From Pristiophorus japonicus (taxonomy: Eukaryota): a stretch of 64,000 bases of DNA. Numbering within the stretch: position 1 is the first letter of the stretch; every line of letters starts with the position of its first letter. Of this stretch, positions 37,901-51,297 are shown piece after piece. The notes under the pieces were generated by a model. The model was not told where the DNA came from and ran no database searches. It saw nothing but the letters and a program-made list of their open reading frames with translations. The stretch lies in contig NC_091999.1 in the NCBI RefSeq assembly GCF_044704955.1, positions 24,118,001 to 24,182,000 of the forward strand. Reading direction: 5' to 3'. Position numbers and translations under genes: made by a program.

Positions 37901-38725
37901 TTGGTTCGAGGCATATCATTAGGGTTCAAGGAAAACTTTTGTTAGATTTTAATATCTAGTTGTGGGAGATGGCCAATTATCCATTCTTGAGAGACAATAC
38001 ACAAAGTGGAAATAGGAGAGGGAGAGGATACAGGAAATCTCCACTGACATATTTGTGATGTTACTATATACGGTGAATAGAATCTTTCCCCATTCTGTCC
38101 CTGGGTATCATCTTTACTTTATTCTCTTTTAATTTAGACAAATGTCCCGCAAAACAATTGCTACTGGAATCCGTTGGGAAATTTGCATTTCTTTCTCTGC
38201 TTATTTCTATTCTGTGTTGGTGAGGAAACATTTAAATTGTTTCTGTCACTCAATACTCTAATCGAGAACTTCTATTTCTGTGTTTATTTACATAACCGCG
38301 TCACCGGTTCCCATGAAGTGTTCATGCAACAAAATCAGATCGACAGAGTCACTTATTGATTAGTCTCCTCTCACAACAAGTGTCATTTGTAAAAATATTG
38401 ACAGTTGGTACAACTTTAATAGAAAAATCTCCAACAGTGAGGTTTGCTTCAGTTTTGTTCAATTAGAACAGATGTCATTTATATCAAAGGAATACATTGT
38501 AAAATGAATAATTCAGTTCTGAAAGATCTACTGCCGAAATTAATGGAACATCTCTGAACAGGCTGCTATTCTACTGGATCTCCATTTCGTGGAAGATTTA
38601 ACCCATTGAAACTAAACATTGAAAGTAAAACCAGTGACCAGAGGAGTGTCCTACAATCACATTAATATCTGAGCTTTTCACATATCTCAACTTTTATTTA
38701 CAAGTGTTGACATTTAGAAACACCA

Positions 38726-39000
38726 TGCACTTATATAATGCCTTTCTTGACCTCATGATATCCCAAAGTGCTTTACAGCCAATGAATTACTTTGGAAGTG
38801 TGCTCACTGTTGTAATGTAGGAAACGTTGCAGACAATGTGTGTACCGCAAGCTCCCACAAAGAGCCTGAAATATTGATCAGATAATTTGTTTTTCAGATG
38901 TTGGTTGAAGTATAAATACTTGTGCTGGAAACCCTGGAGAACTCATCTGCTCTTCAGTATAGTGCCATGAATCCCTTAAAACCAACTGAGCAGAAAGATG
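38726..39000 (-). mobile_element. DeuSINE, copy 3 paralogue (head deleted)
   Basis: Colinear with 11718-11990, then a deletion junction. Confidence 0.8.
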
Positions 39001-39112
39001 CAGTGATATAGGGAAAGTGCACAGGAGTGGGACTAACTGGGTTGTTCTTCGAAAGAGCCGGCACAGACTCTATGGGCTGAATTATCACCTTCTGTGCCGT
39101 ACTAATCTATGA

Positions 39113-41131
39113 ATGACCATAACACGGTTGAATTTCAAATTCAGTTGGAGAGTGCGAGAATTGGTTTTCAAACCTCTGACCAAAGCTTAAATAAACGAGC
39201 CTACAAAGGTATAAGGGCAGTAGTGGCTAAAGCGGACTAGGAAAATAGATAAAAGTATGGGACGGTTGATGAGCAGTGGCAGACATTAAAGTAGATAATT
39301 CATAACTCGCAACAAAAAAATATCCCAATTAGAAGGCAAGACTGTAAGAGAGGGGATAACCATCCGTGGCTAACTCAGGAAATAAGGATGGTATCAAATT
39401 GGAAACAAAGGCATACAATGTGGCCAAGACTAGTGGGAGGCCAGAGGATTGGGAAACTTTTAAAAGCCAGCAAAGAACAACTAAACAAATGATAAAGAGA
39501 GGGAAGATAGATTATGAAAGTAAACTAGCGCGAAATATAAAAACAGATAGTCAGAGTTTCTACAGGTACATAACAAGCAAAAGAGAGGTTAAAGTAAATG
39601 TTGGTCATCAAGCGGATGAGACAGAGGAATTAATAATGGAGAACAGGGAAATGACAGAGACGTTGAACAAATATTTTGTATCGGTCTTCATGGTAGCAGA
39701 CACTAAAAACATCCAAATTGTGGAAAATCAAGGGGCTATAGGGAGGGAGGAATTTATTACAATCACTATCACTAATGAAGTCGTACTCGGTAAAATGATG
39801 GGACTAAAGGCGGACAAGTCCCCAGGGCCTGATGGGTTACATCCTATGGTATTAAAGAAGTGGCTGCAGAGATAGTTGATGCATTGGTTGTATTCTACCA
39901 AAATTCCTTGAATTCTGGGGCTGGCCCAGCGGATTGGAAAACTGCAAATGTGGTGCCCCTATTTAAAAAAATAACCAGACAAAAAGCAAGAAACTATAGA
40001 CCAGTGAGCTGAACATCTGTCATTGGGATAATGCTGGAGTCCATTAAGGAAGCAGTAGCGGGAGATTTGGAAAAGCAAAATTCAATCAAGCAGAATCAGC
40101 ATGGTTTCATGAACGGGACGACATGATTGACAAATTTGCTGAAGATCTTTGAGGATGAAACGAACAGGGTGGATTAGGGGAATCCAGTGGATGTGGTGTA
40201 TTTGAATTTCCAGAAGGCATTCGATATGGTGCCGCATAAAAGGTTACTGCACAAGATAAAAGTTCTCGGGTTGAGGGCAATATATTGGCATGGATAGTGG
40301 ATTGGCTAACTAACAGATCGGAGGGTCGGGATAAATGGGTAAATTTCCGGTTGGCAAACAGTATATCGTGGTGTGCCGCAGGGATCGGTGGTGGAATCTG
40401 AACTATTTACAATCGATAGTAATGACTTGGATGAAGGGACCCAGTGTAATGTAGCCAAGTTTTCAGATGATAAAAAGAAGGGTGGGAAAGAAAATTGTGA
40501 GGATGACACCAATAATCTGTAAAGGGATATGGACAGACTAAGTGAGTGGGCAAAACGCTACAGGATATTGGTGAAGCCACATCTAGAGTACTGCGTCCAG
40601 TATTGGCCCCTGTATTTAAGGAAGGATATACCTGCATTGGAGGCTTTCCAGCGAAGGTTGATTCCGGAGACGAGGGTGTTGAATTATGAAGATATTGTGA
40701 GTAGGTTGGGCCTATACACATTGGAGTTCGGAAGAATGAGAGGTGACCTTTTTGCAAACTTAAGATAATGAGGGCACTCGACAATGTGGATGCAGAGAGG
40801 ATACTTCCACTCATAGGGAAAATTAAAACTAGGGGACATAGTCTCAGAAAAACAAGCTGCACAGTTAAAACTGAGCTAACGGGGAATATCTTCGCTCAGG
40901 GGGATGTAAATCTATGGAATTCTCAGCCCAAGAGAGTTGTGCAGTCTAGGTCATGAAATATATTTAAGGCGGAGATAGAAAGATGTTTGAGTGATAAGAG
41001 AATAAAGGGTTATGGGGATCGGGAAGAGAAGTGGAGCTGAGTCCATGATCAGATCAGCCATGATCTTATTAAATGGCGAGCAGGCTCGAGGGGCCAGGTG
41101 GCCTACTACTGTTCCTATTTCTTATGTTCTT
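39113..41131 (+). mobile_element. CR1 LINE ORF2 remnant, paralogue of 30392-32400
   Basis: Same 5' junction (ctatgaatgaccataac) and same internal deletion. Confidence 0.92.
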
Positions 41132-41134
41132 TTG

Positions 41135-42345
41135 TTTACATTACACTAGGCACTGTCTCTCTTATATTACACGAGACGCTGTATCTGTTTATATTACCCT
41201 AGACCCTGTCTCTTTTAAATTACACTAGACCCTGTATCTGTTTATATTACACTAGACCCTGTCTCTGTTTGTATTACACAAGACCCTACCTCTGTTTACA
41301 TTACACGAGACTACGTCTCTTTTTATATTTCACTAGATCCTGTCTCTGTTTGTATTACACTAGACCCTGTCTCTCTGTCTGTTATACTAGACCCTGTCTC
41401 TCTTTATATTACACTAGACCCGGTCTCTCTTTCTATTATACTAGACCCTGTCTCTATATATTACACTCGATCATGTCTCTGTTTATATTATGCTAGACCT
41501 TGTCTCAGTTTATATTACACTAGATCATGTCTCTGTATATATTACACTAGACCATGTCTCCGTTTGTATTACACTAGACCTTGTCTCTGTTTATTTTACA
41601 CTAGGCGCGGTCTCTCTTTATATTACACTAGACCCTGTCTCTGTTTATATTACACGAGACCATGTCTCTGGTTATATTACACTAGACCTTGTCTCTGTTT
41701 ATATTACACTAGGCTCTGGCTCTGTGTATATTACACTAGACCCTGTCTCTGTTTATATTACACTAGACCCTGTCTCTGTTTATATTCCACAAGACCCTGT
41801 CTCTGTTGATATTACACTAGACCCTGTCTCTGTTTATATTCCACAAGACCCTGTCTCTGTTGATATTACACTAGACCCTGTCTCTGTTTATATTACACAA
41901 GACCCATGCCTCTGTTTATATTACACTAGACCTTGTCTCTGTTTATATTACACAAGACCCTGTCTCTGTTTGTATTACACTAGACCTTGTCTCTGTTTAT
42001 ATTACACTAGACCCGGTCTCTGTTTGTATTACACTAGATCCTGTCTCTGCTTATATGACACTAGACCATGTCTCTGTTTATATTACACTAGACCTTTTCT
42101 CTGTTTATATTACACTAGACCATGTATCTGTTTATGTTACACTAGCTCCGGTCTCTGTTTGTATTACACTGGACCTTGTTTCTGTTTAGATTATACTAGA
42201 GCCGGTCTCTGTTTGTATTACACTAGACCCTGTCTCTGTTTATATTACACTAGACCATGTCTCTGTTTATATTACACTAGATCGTGTCCCTCTTCCTGTA
42301 ACACTGGGCCCTGTCTGCCTTTATGTTAGACTGGGCCATGTATCC
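41135..42345 (+). repeat. Long homogeneous 27-bp minisatellite array
   Basis: More than 40 tandem units. Confidence 0.95.
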
Positions 42346-42948
42346 ATTGACTTCACAAGACAATGTCTGTTTGTGTCAACCGAGGCTCAGGGAGTCTCAC
42401 TTTCTCCTCGGTCTGAGATAGTTTTGGATGGACTCCCTCTCCAGGGACTATATCTCTATTTATTGTACAACAGACACTGTTGTCAGTTATTTCTGCCATG
42501 CGTCTGTTAGAGAGACAGAAGATATATAGACGGTGGATAGATATTAATATAAATAAAGATATTTATGCGTGTGGGTAGGAAGATGCAATACTTTTTTTTG
42601 GTTGGAACAAACGTTTAATTTCGTTACTAGCTATCAAGAGTTGTGGGCAATGTCGAATTGATCTGGTATTGTGTCTGTAATACTTGTGTTGAGACGATGG
42701 GGTGAATCTTGTAACAATCTCCCAGAGATGGACTGGAAGTGAGGGACAGGACTGAAGGTGAGCAATTCACTGCACTTTGCACTACTTAATGGCACCCTGT
42801 GTTTTAAATTTCAATAATTCACACTTGTGTTGTCCTGTGCCAATTGCTCCCAGTTCTTTAATGTTAAGGATTGTTTTTCCTGCAGTATTTTCTGTTGAGC
42901 ATTCACTTGACCCACTGATTGCGTCAGACAGAGCCTGGAATCGTGATC

Positions 42949-43019
42949 TCAAAGCACCGCCGGATGGGCGGCCACAGGGTCCCAATATCCACTGGAGTTC
43001 ATTCCCTTACGACGATCAA
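42949..43019 (-). other. Candidate terminal coding exon in block X (copy 4)
   Basis: Same acceptor; DRRKGMNSSGYWDPVAAHPAVL*, 6 nt shorter but in frame. Confidence 0.25.
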
Positions 43020-43037
43020 CTGAAAAGAGAACACACA

Positions 43038-43273
43038 NNNNNNNNNNNNNNNNNNNNNNNNNNNNNNNNNNNNNNNNNNNNNNNNNNNNNNNNNNNNNNN
43101 NNNNNNNNNNNNNNNNNNNNNNNNNNNNNNNNNNNNNNNNNNNNNNNNNNNNNNNNNNNNNNNNNNNNNNNNNNNNNNNNNNNNNNNNNNNNNNNNNNNN
43201 NNNNNNNNNNNNNNNNNNNNNNNNNNNNNNNNNNNNNNNNNNNNNNNNNNNNNNNNNNNNNNNNNNNNNNNNN
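43038..43273. other. Assembly gap (N run)
   Basis: Ns at the homologous (TG)n position in copy 4. Confidence 0.99.
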
Positions 43274-46200
43274 AGTACATTCCACAAAGATAAATGATTA
43301 GCTTCAACCATCATTTTTCAGCATTTTATTATATTCAACAGCTAATTGCAGATCGTTTAATACTTTTAACATTTATTGATAACACATTGTCTTGCACGCT
43401 CTACTTTAGAAAGTGATGTCACACTGACGATACCATTACCAAGGTGACCATGTCTGTCCGCAGTATTCAGTGGGAAAGGGGATTAAATTACACCGAGGAT
43501 AATGAGCAACCAGCCACCAGTCTCTGCGCTTTATTTTCCAGCAATCACCTCACCATCACACAGAGTCTCCTGATATACACCTCAAGTGTATGATGATTGG
43601 TGCAAGTGATGGTAAACATGAAACTGCACTTGTACCTGGCATGTAGTTAATAAATATGTAATTACCTGACTTATTGTTTCTCTCATTACTGCACTAGACC
43701 CAGGCTCAGTTTAAATCGTTGATGTGGTGGACTTACAATAGGTGTTTGATAAAGTGGTTTGATAATATTCGTGCCAGCAAAGTTGAAACCCATAGAATAA
43801 AAGGGACAGTGGCAGCCTGGATGTGAAATTGACTGAATGACAGGAATCAGAGAGTAGTGTTTTTTTTGTACTGGAGGAAGGTATACAGTGGTGTTCTGCA
43901 GCGGTTGGTGCCAGGAACACTGTTTTTCTTGATTTATATTCATGACTTACATTGGGTTTAAGGGCACAATTTCAATATTTATAGACCACTCAAAACTTGG
44001 AAGTATAGTGAACAGTGAGGAGGGTTGTTATAGACTTCAAAAGCATATAGGCTTGCTGGTAGAATAGACGGACACATGGAAAATGAAACACAGAAAATTT
44101 TGAAGTGATACATTTTGGTAGGAAGAACGAGGAGAGTCAAAGTGAACCAAAGGGTTCAATTCTAAAGGGTATGATGAACACAGAGACCTCAGGCTATCTG
44201 TGCATAAATCATTGAATGAGGCAGGGCAGATTGAGAAAGTGGTTTAAAAAGCATAATGGATCATGGGCTTCATAAATAGTGCATAGAATACAAAAGCAAG
44301 GAACGTATGATGAACTTGTATAAAACACTGATTAGGCCTCAACTGGAGTATTGTGTCCAATTCTGGGCACCGCACTTTAGGAAGGATGTGAAGGCCTTAG
44401 AGAGGTGCAGAAAAGATTTACGTGTGTTTCCAGGGATAAGGTACTTCGGTTATGTGGTCTAGTCTGGAGAAGCTGGGGTTGTTCTCCTTAGAGCAAAGAA
44501 GTTTGAGATGAGATTTGATCGAGACGTTCAGAATCATAAGTGGTCTAAACAGAGTAGCTGGAGAGAAACTTTTCCCATTGGCAGAAGGGTCGAGAACAGA
44601 GGACACGGAATAAATGTGATTGATACAACCAAGGCTACATGAGAAAAACGATTTTATGCAGCGAGTGGTTATGATCTGAAATGCATTGTCTGAAAGGGAG
44701 GTGGGCGAAGATTCAATCATTGCATTCCAAAGGGAATTGGATAAGTACTTGAAGGAAGAAAATTCACAGGGCTACGGGGAAGGGCGGAGGACTGGACTAG
44801 TTGAAATACTCTTGCAGAGAGCGGCACGGGCTATATGGGCCGAATGGCCCTCTTCTGTGCTGTAACCGTTCTATGATTCTATAATACACCAGAACCTGTC
44901 TCAGTTATAACTACACAAGACACTATTCCAGTTTATATAACGCCACACACCACGTTAAATATTCACTCCCTCCACCACTGGCGTACCATGTCTGCAGTGA
45001 TTACTATCTACAAGATGCATTGCAGTAACTCGCCAAGACATCTTCAACAGAACTATCCAAATCTACGACCTCTTCCAACTAGAAGGACAAGGGCAGCATG
45101 CTGATGCAAACACCATCATCTCCAAGTACCCCTCCGAATCACACACCAATCTGGCGTTGAAATTTATTGTCTTTCCTTCATAAACACTGGGCCAAATTCT
45201 TCAACTCCCTCCCTAACACTTTGTGAGTACCTTCTCCACACGGTCTGCAGCGGTTCAAGGTGGCAGCTCACCAATTGCTTCTCAAGGCCAATTAGGAAAA
45301 GATAATCAATGTTGGCCTTGCCAGCGACACGCACACCCACATGTCAGGAACCAATAAAACAATGTCCCTGTATCAATCGTTACAGTACTAGCCACTACCT
45401 CTGTTCGTACTGCACTTGAACTACTAATATTGTACTAGGCCCTGTCTCAGATATTAATGGAATATGCCATGCTTTTGTTCCTATTATAAAAGACCCTGTC
45501 TCTGTTTATATTAAGCTAGACAAGGACATTGCTTATATTACAGTAGCCCAATCCTCTCACATTACTGCCTTATACCATGTCTCTTTTTTATATTAGACTA
45601 GACCCTTTCACCGTTATTACTGCACTAGACCATGTGTCTCTTTATATTACACTACACGCGATGTCAGTTATTACTTCTCTAGATCCTATAACTCCCAGGG
45701 CAGGTACAGCATGTGTCAGATACAGAGTGGAGCTCCCACTATACTCTCCCATCACACATTCACAGAACAGTAACAGAACGGTTTAGATACAGAGTGATGC
45801 TCCCTCTATACTGTCCCATCACACACTGCCAGGACAGGTACAGCACGGTTTAGGTACAGAACAATGCTCCCTCTATAACATCCCATCAAACAATTCCCGA
45901 GACAGGTAAAGCACGTGTTAGATACAGAGTAAAGATCCCTCCAAACTGTCCCATCAAAAACTCCCATGCCATTTAATGCACAGGTCACATTTTTGAATAA
46001 AGCTCCCTCTGTGCACTCCAATCAATTTGGTCCGAGGCATATCCTTATGGCTGAGAGAAATATTTTGTTAGATGTTGAATTCTAGTTGTGGGGGAATGTC
46101 AATGATCCATTCTTGAGAGATAGGAGGAAAATGGAAAATTGAGAGGCAGAGGATACACAAATCTCCACTATCACCTTTGTGATGTTGCTGTACATGCTGA

Positions 46201-46846
46201 CGAGAAGCAATCTTTCCCCTTTCTGTCCGTGGGTATCATCTTTACTTTATTCTCCTATAATGTAGAGAAATGTACGAAAAACAATTGTTGCTGGAATCTG
46301 TTGAGAGATTTGCATTTCTCTCTGTCTTTATTTTTATGCTTTGCTGGTGGGGAAACGGTTATTGTGTCTCTGTCGCTCAATGATCTAATCTGGGACTTCT
46401 ATTTCTGTGTTTATTTACATAAACGCCTCACTGCTGGCCATGAAGTGTTCATGGCAGGAAAATCAGATCAACAGAATCACTTATTGATCAGCCTCAACTC
46501 ACAACAATGGCTTATTTTAAGAATATTGACAGTGGGTATACAGAAGTAGAAATATGTCGAACAGCGACGTTAGCTGCAGTTTTGTTCAATTGCAACAGAT
46601 GTGATTTATATCAAACGGAATAAATATTAAAATGAATAATTAAGTTCTGAAAGTTCTGCTGCTGAAATAAGTGGAACATTTCTGAACAGACTGTTATTCC
46701 ACTGGATCTCCATTTAATGGAATATTTAACTAACTGAAACTAAGCAATTTAAACCAGTGACCAGAGGAGTACCGGCAATCACAGGATTATCTGAGCATTT
46801 CACATATCGCAACTTGTATTTTGAAATGTTGACAATTAGAAACACT

Positions 46847-47294
46847 TTGCATTTATCTAGCGCATTTCATGATCTCATGATGTCCCAAAATGATTTACAG
46901 ACAATGAATTACTTTGGAAGTGTGGTCACTGTTGTAATGTAGGCAACGTGGCAGCCAATTGGTGCACATCAAGATCACGCAAACAGCAATGAAATAATGA
47001 TCAGATCATCTATTTTTCAGAAGTTCGTTAAGGGATACATATTTGCGCTGTAAACCCTGGAGAACTCCTCTGCACTTCAATTTAGTGCCATGAGTCCTTT
47101 AAATCCACCTGAGCGGGAAGATGGGGCTCAATTTAATGTCTGCCCCGAAAGACGGCACCTCTGACCGTGCAGCACTCCCTCAGTACTGGCACCGGGCGTG
47201 TCGGCATAGATTATGTGCTCAGGTCTCTGTAGTGGGGTTTAGTATCTGTGACCTTCTGAATCAGAGGCGAGAGTGATCCCACTGAGCCAAGGCT
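46847..47294 (-). mobile_element. DeuSINE, copy 4 paralogue
   Basis: Colinear with 11718-12166. Confidence 0.85.
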
Positions 47295-48676
47295 AAAACA
47301 TGTCACAGCTTGTATTTTAAAATGTTGCCATTCAGCTCATCGTGTCTGAAGTTCAAGGACTGAGTCCAGTCTTACTCCGATCGGTTTATTATCAGGAGCG
47401 AGTTCGCTTATCTTGCTTGGGATGTCATTCTCTCACTGGAATTTCCACTGGGTCCATGTAAAAGTGTCAGCGATTCCGCAAGGAACATCTGGAAGTGCCC
47501 GAAGCACAAGGACTCACGGAACCTGAATGTTACACTGTGTCAGATGCACTATCAGTGCAGCTGGAAGCTGGGACTTTTCTGCTTAGAGCCGAGCAGGTTA
47601 TGGGCCACTTAATAGAGGTGTTCAAAATCAGTAAGAATTTTGTTAGGGTAAATTGACATATACTCCATCACTCCGTTCCTCCATCCCCCCACGCTCCACC
47701 CGTCTCTACTTCACTCCCTCCCTTCATCGCTCCCTCCCACCATCTCTTCCACCCTCCACCCGTCTCTCCTTCCCTCCTTCCGTCCATCCCTCCCGTCCTC
47801 CATACCTCCATCCCTCGCTCCGTCAATCTCTCCCTCCCTGCACACTTCCCTCCCTTTCTCCGTCCATTCCTCACCCCTCCATCACTCCACCGCTCCCATG
47901 CTCCACTCCTCCTTCCCGCCATCCCTCCCTCAGGCCAAGCGATTATTGTTATTTTCCTTTGCATTTTATCTGCTCCCATCGATGAGGATTCCTCAGATGG
48001 AATTTTCTGCACCCAAATCCTTCAGCGAGCTTTAATATATATTATCAAATAAGAGAGAGAGCGATGGCTAATATATATATATATATTTAATCCCCCTGCC
48101 TAAAAACACTGACACGTAATAAATTGGCGACCTTTCTGGAGAGGGAGTTGGCTGGGGAACTGGCACTGGGTAGAAATTCTAGTTGGGGCAGTCAGGATAT
48201 TTTCCGTTATTTAAATAAAAAAGATAAAGGTAAGAATTAAAGAAATTATTTTAAGACATCGTCGACTTCAGAAGTTCATTTTTCCTCCCCCTTCTCGCTG
48301 TTGAGGACGGACCATTGCCCGCCTGGAGCTCGCTGCCATTCTGTGTACGGGATGGTAGGATTCAAACTCTCTCTACGCGGACAGATTTGGAGAAGCTGGG
48401 GCTGTTTTCCTTACAACACAGAAGGTTTCAGGGGAGATTTTCCAGATTGATACCAGGGATAAATGACTAGAAACACTAGTTCAGCCCGAGCTGGAGTACT
48501 GTGTCCAATTCTGCGCACCACACTTTAGGAAGGACGTGAAGACTTTCGAGAGGATGCAGAAGAGATTTAATTGAAATGCATCCAGTATGGGCGATTAAAA
48601 TTATTTGCAGAGACTGGAGAATTCTCGGGCTGCTCTCCTTAGAGCAGAGAAGGTTAAGAGGAGATTTAGTAGATTA

Positions 48677-50050
48677 TAAGGACACAAGAAAATAAGAAAG
48701 AGGAGCAGGAGTGGGCCATACGGCCCCTCGAGCCTGCTCCAACATTCAATACGATCATGGCTGATCTGATCATGGACTCAGGTCCACTTACCCGCCCGTT
48801 CCCGCTAAACCCATATCCCCTTATCGTTTAAGGAACTGTCTATTTCTGTGTTAAATGCATTCAACGTCCCAACTTCCACAGCTCTCTGAGGCAGCGAATT
48901 CCACAGATTTACAACCCTCTGAGAGAAGAAATTTCTCCTCATCACTGCTTTTAATGGGCGGCCCCTGCTCTAAGTTTGTGCCCTCTAGTTCTAGTCTCCC
49001 GCATCAGTTGAAACATCCACTCTGCATCCACTTTTTCAAGCCCCTTCATAAACATATATGTTTCGATAAGATCACCTCTCATTCTTCTGAATTCCAATGA
49101 GTAGAGGGCCCACCGACTCAACCTTTCCTCAAAAGTCAACCCCCTCATCCGCGGAATCATCTGAGTGAACATTCTCTGAATTGCCTCCAAAGCAAGTTGA
49201 TCCTTTCGTAAATATGGAAACCAAAACTGTACGCAGTATTCTAGGTGTGATCACAACAATACTTTATATAGCTGTAGCAAGACTTCCCTGCTTTTATACT
49301 TCATCTCTTTGCAATAAAGGCCAAGTTACCATTGGCCTTCCTGATCACTTGCTGTACCTGCATACTATCCTTTTGTGTTTCATGCACAAGTACCCCCACG
49401 TCCCACTATACGGTGGCATGTTGCAATCTTTCTCCATTTAAATAATAAATTGCTCTTTGTTTTTTTTTCTGCAAAGTGCATGACTTCACACATTCCAACA
49501 TTGTGCTCCATCTGCCAAGTTTTTCCCCACTCACTTAACCTGTCTATGTCCTTTTGCGGATCGTGTGTGTCCTCCTCACACATTGCTTTTCCTCTCATCT
49601 TTGGATTGTCAGCAAACTTTGCCACGTTACACTCAGTCCCATCTTCCAAGTCGTTAATGTAAAAATAAATAGTTGGGGTCCCGGCACTGATCGCTGCACA
49701 CCCCATAGTTTCTGGTTGCCAACCAGAGAATGACCCATTTGTACCGACTCTCTGTTCTCTGTTAATTAACCAATCCTCTATCCATGCTAATATATTGCCC
49801 GCAACCCCGTGAACTTTTATCTTGTGCAGTAACCTTTTACGTGGCACCTTGGTAAATGCCTTCTGGAAGACCAAATACACCACACCCACTGGTTCCCTTT
49901 TATCCATCCTGTTCACTACATACTCAAAGAAATCCAGCAAATTTTTCAAACATGACTTAACCTTCATAAATCCATGCTGCCTCTGCCTGACCGAATTTTG
50001 CTTTTCCAAATGTCCTGCTACTGCTTCGTTAATAATGGATACCAACATTC
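48677..50050 (-). mobile_element. CR1 LINE 3' portion specific to copy 4
   Basis: ORF 49380-50060 with QHGFMK.KSCL.NL, YL.FQKAF.KVP, KFAD; tail at ~48680. Confidence 0.9.
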
Positions 50051-50656
50051 TTACAAGCAAGATTAGTTCTAGGCATTAGAGGCTTCAATTAATGTGGAGA
50101 AACTGGAGAAGATAGCATTGTTTTACTTGGAGGAGAGAAGTTAAAGTGGAGATTTGATAGACGTGTTTAAACTCATCAAGGGTTTAGATCAGTGGTTCTC
50201 AACCGGTGTTCCGCAGAACATTGGTGTGCCGTGACCCCTTCACAGGTGTACCACCAAATTGTGTAAAAGTATGGTGGACTTTAGCTAATTTCACAATAAA
50301 ACACAAACCACTTAACTCTGAAACAGAAGGTTAGGTGGAGAGAGAGAGATAGGCAGACACATATGCACATGTCATCTACCTATATGTATGACGCCACTGC
50401 TGTTATCAACATTGCCAATATTGACAAATAACTATCTATTTATCTCAACTATTGTTAAAACACTATGTTCTAGAGTTGTACAATTAATAATGACAAGAGA
50501 CAACACACACAAACAACTTAAATGACCATACTCAGAACAAAATCCTTTGTAAAATGTGTTTCCCTTTAGTACTGAACACCGCCATCCACCAACCCCCCCT
50601 CTCCCATTCCCTTACTCCCTCCCATTGATAATAGAGAAGTGTGAGTGCCTCCCATC

Positions 50657-50657
<1 letters not shown>

Positions 50658-50722
<65 letters not shown>

Positions 50723-50752
50723 ATAAGTGTGTATATTTATGTTTGTGTGTGT
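50658..50752. repeat. (TG)n microsatellite inside the hAT element
   Basis: Direct reading. Confidence 0.95.
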
Positions 50753-51297
50753 AAGTGGGTCTGTACCAAGTGCGTAGCCAGGGGCGTTTGGGTCATGGCC
50801 ACACCCAATCCAAAATAATAGTATTATATTGTTCATGTGAAAAGCTTACAATGGCATTATTATATTGGATGAAAGAAATGAAAGACGAGTCTAACACATA
50901 TGCAGTAATACGTGTAGTTTTTATAATAAAATGTCAAAAACTATTCAATTACATTTAACCACATTCTAATTTCTATTTTGTTATTTTTGTTTCTTGATCT
51001 GCAGCTTGATGTGTGGCCGGGACTGGCGACATCTTTGATGCTTTGACCTGATACAGCGCCAATTAGTGGCTCCTTTGATGTCGGCGACATCCAATTGACC
51101 TGGCATCGCCACCCTAGCGGTTACTTTGATTTCTGAGAGTTGGCTTTTAGCATATTTTGATCATAGTCAAAATCAAAACTTCCTGTTCAACTCAAGGTTC
51201 GTTTCTGTCTGGACTCTCTGGAGTTTGGAAATTGGAAGTCTCAGTTCGTGTCTGCCTGGAGTTTAGATCAATCAGCCGAATGAAGTTTGTCCCCTCA

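Larger units (their letters stand above)
34161..42496 (+). repeat. Large tandem unit, copy 3 (W, CT tract and V deleted)
   Basis: Same order, but at ~39000 the sequence jumps from mid-DeuSINE to the downstream CR1 tail. Confidence 0.9.

Noticed and set aside
41269-42329. Long Cys/Tyr-rich (CLCLYYTRP)n and (DPVSVYITL)n ORFs, also at 4340-4976, 7271-7570 and 22406-22952
   Set aside because: Translations of the 27-bp minisatellite, which has no stop in these frames; they occur on both strands with no start or splice context
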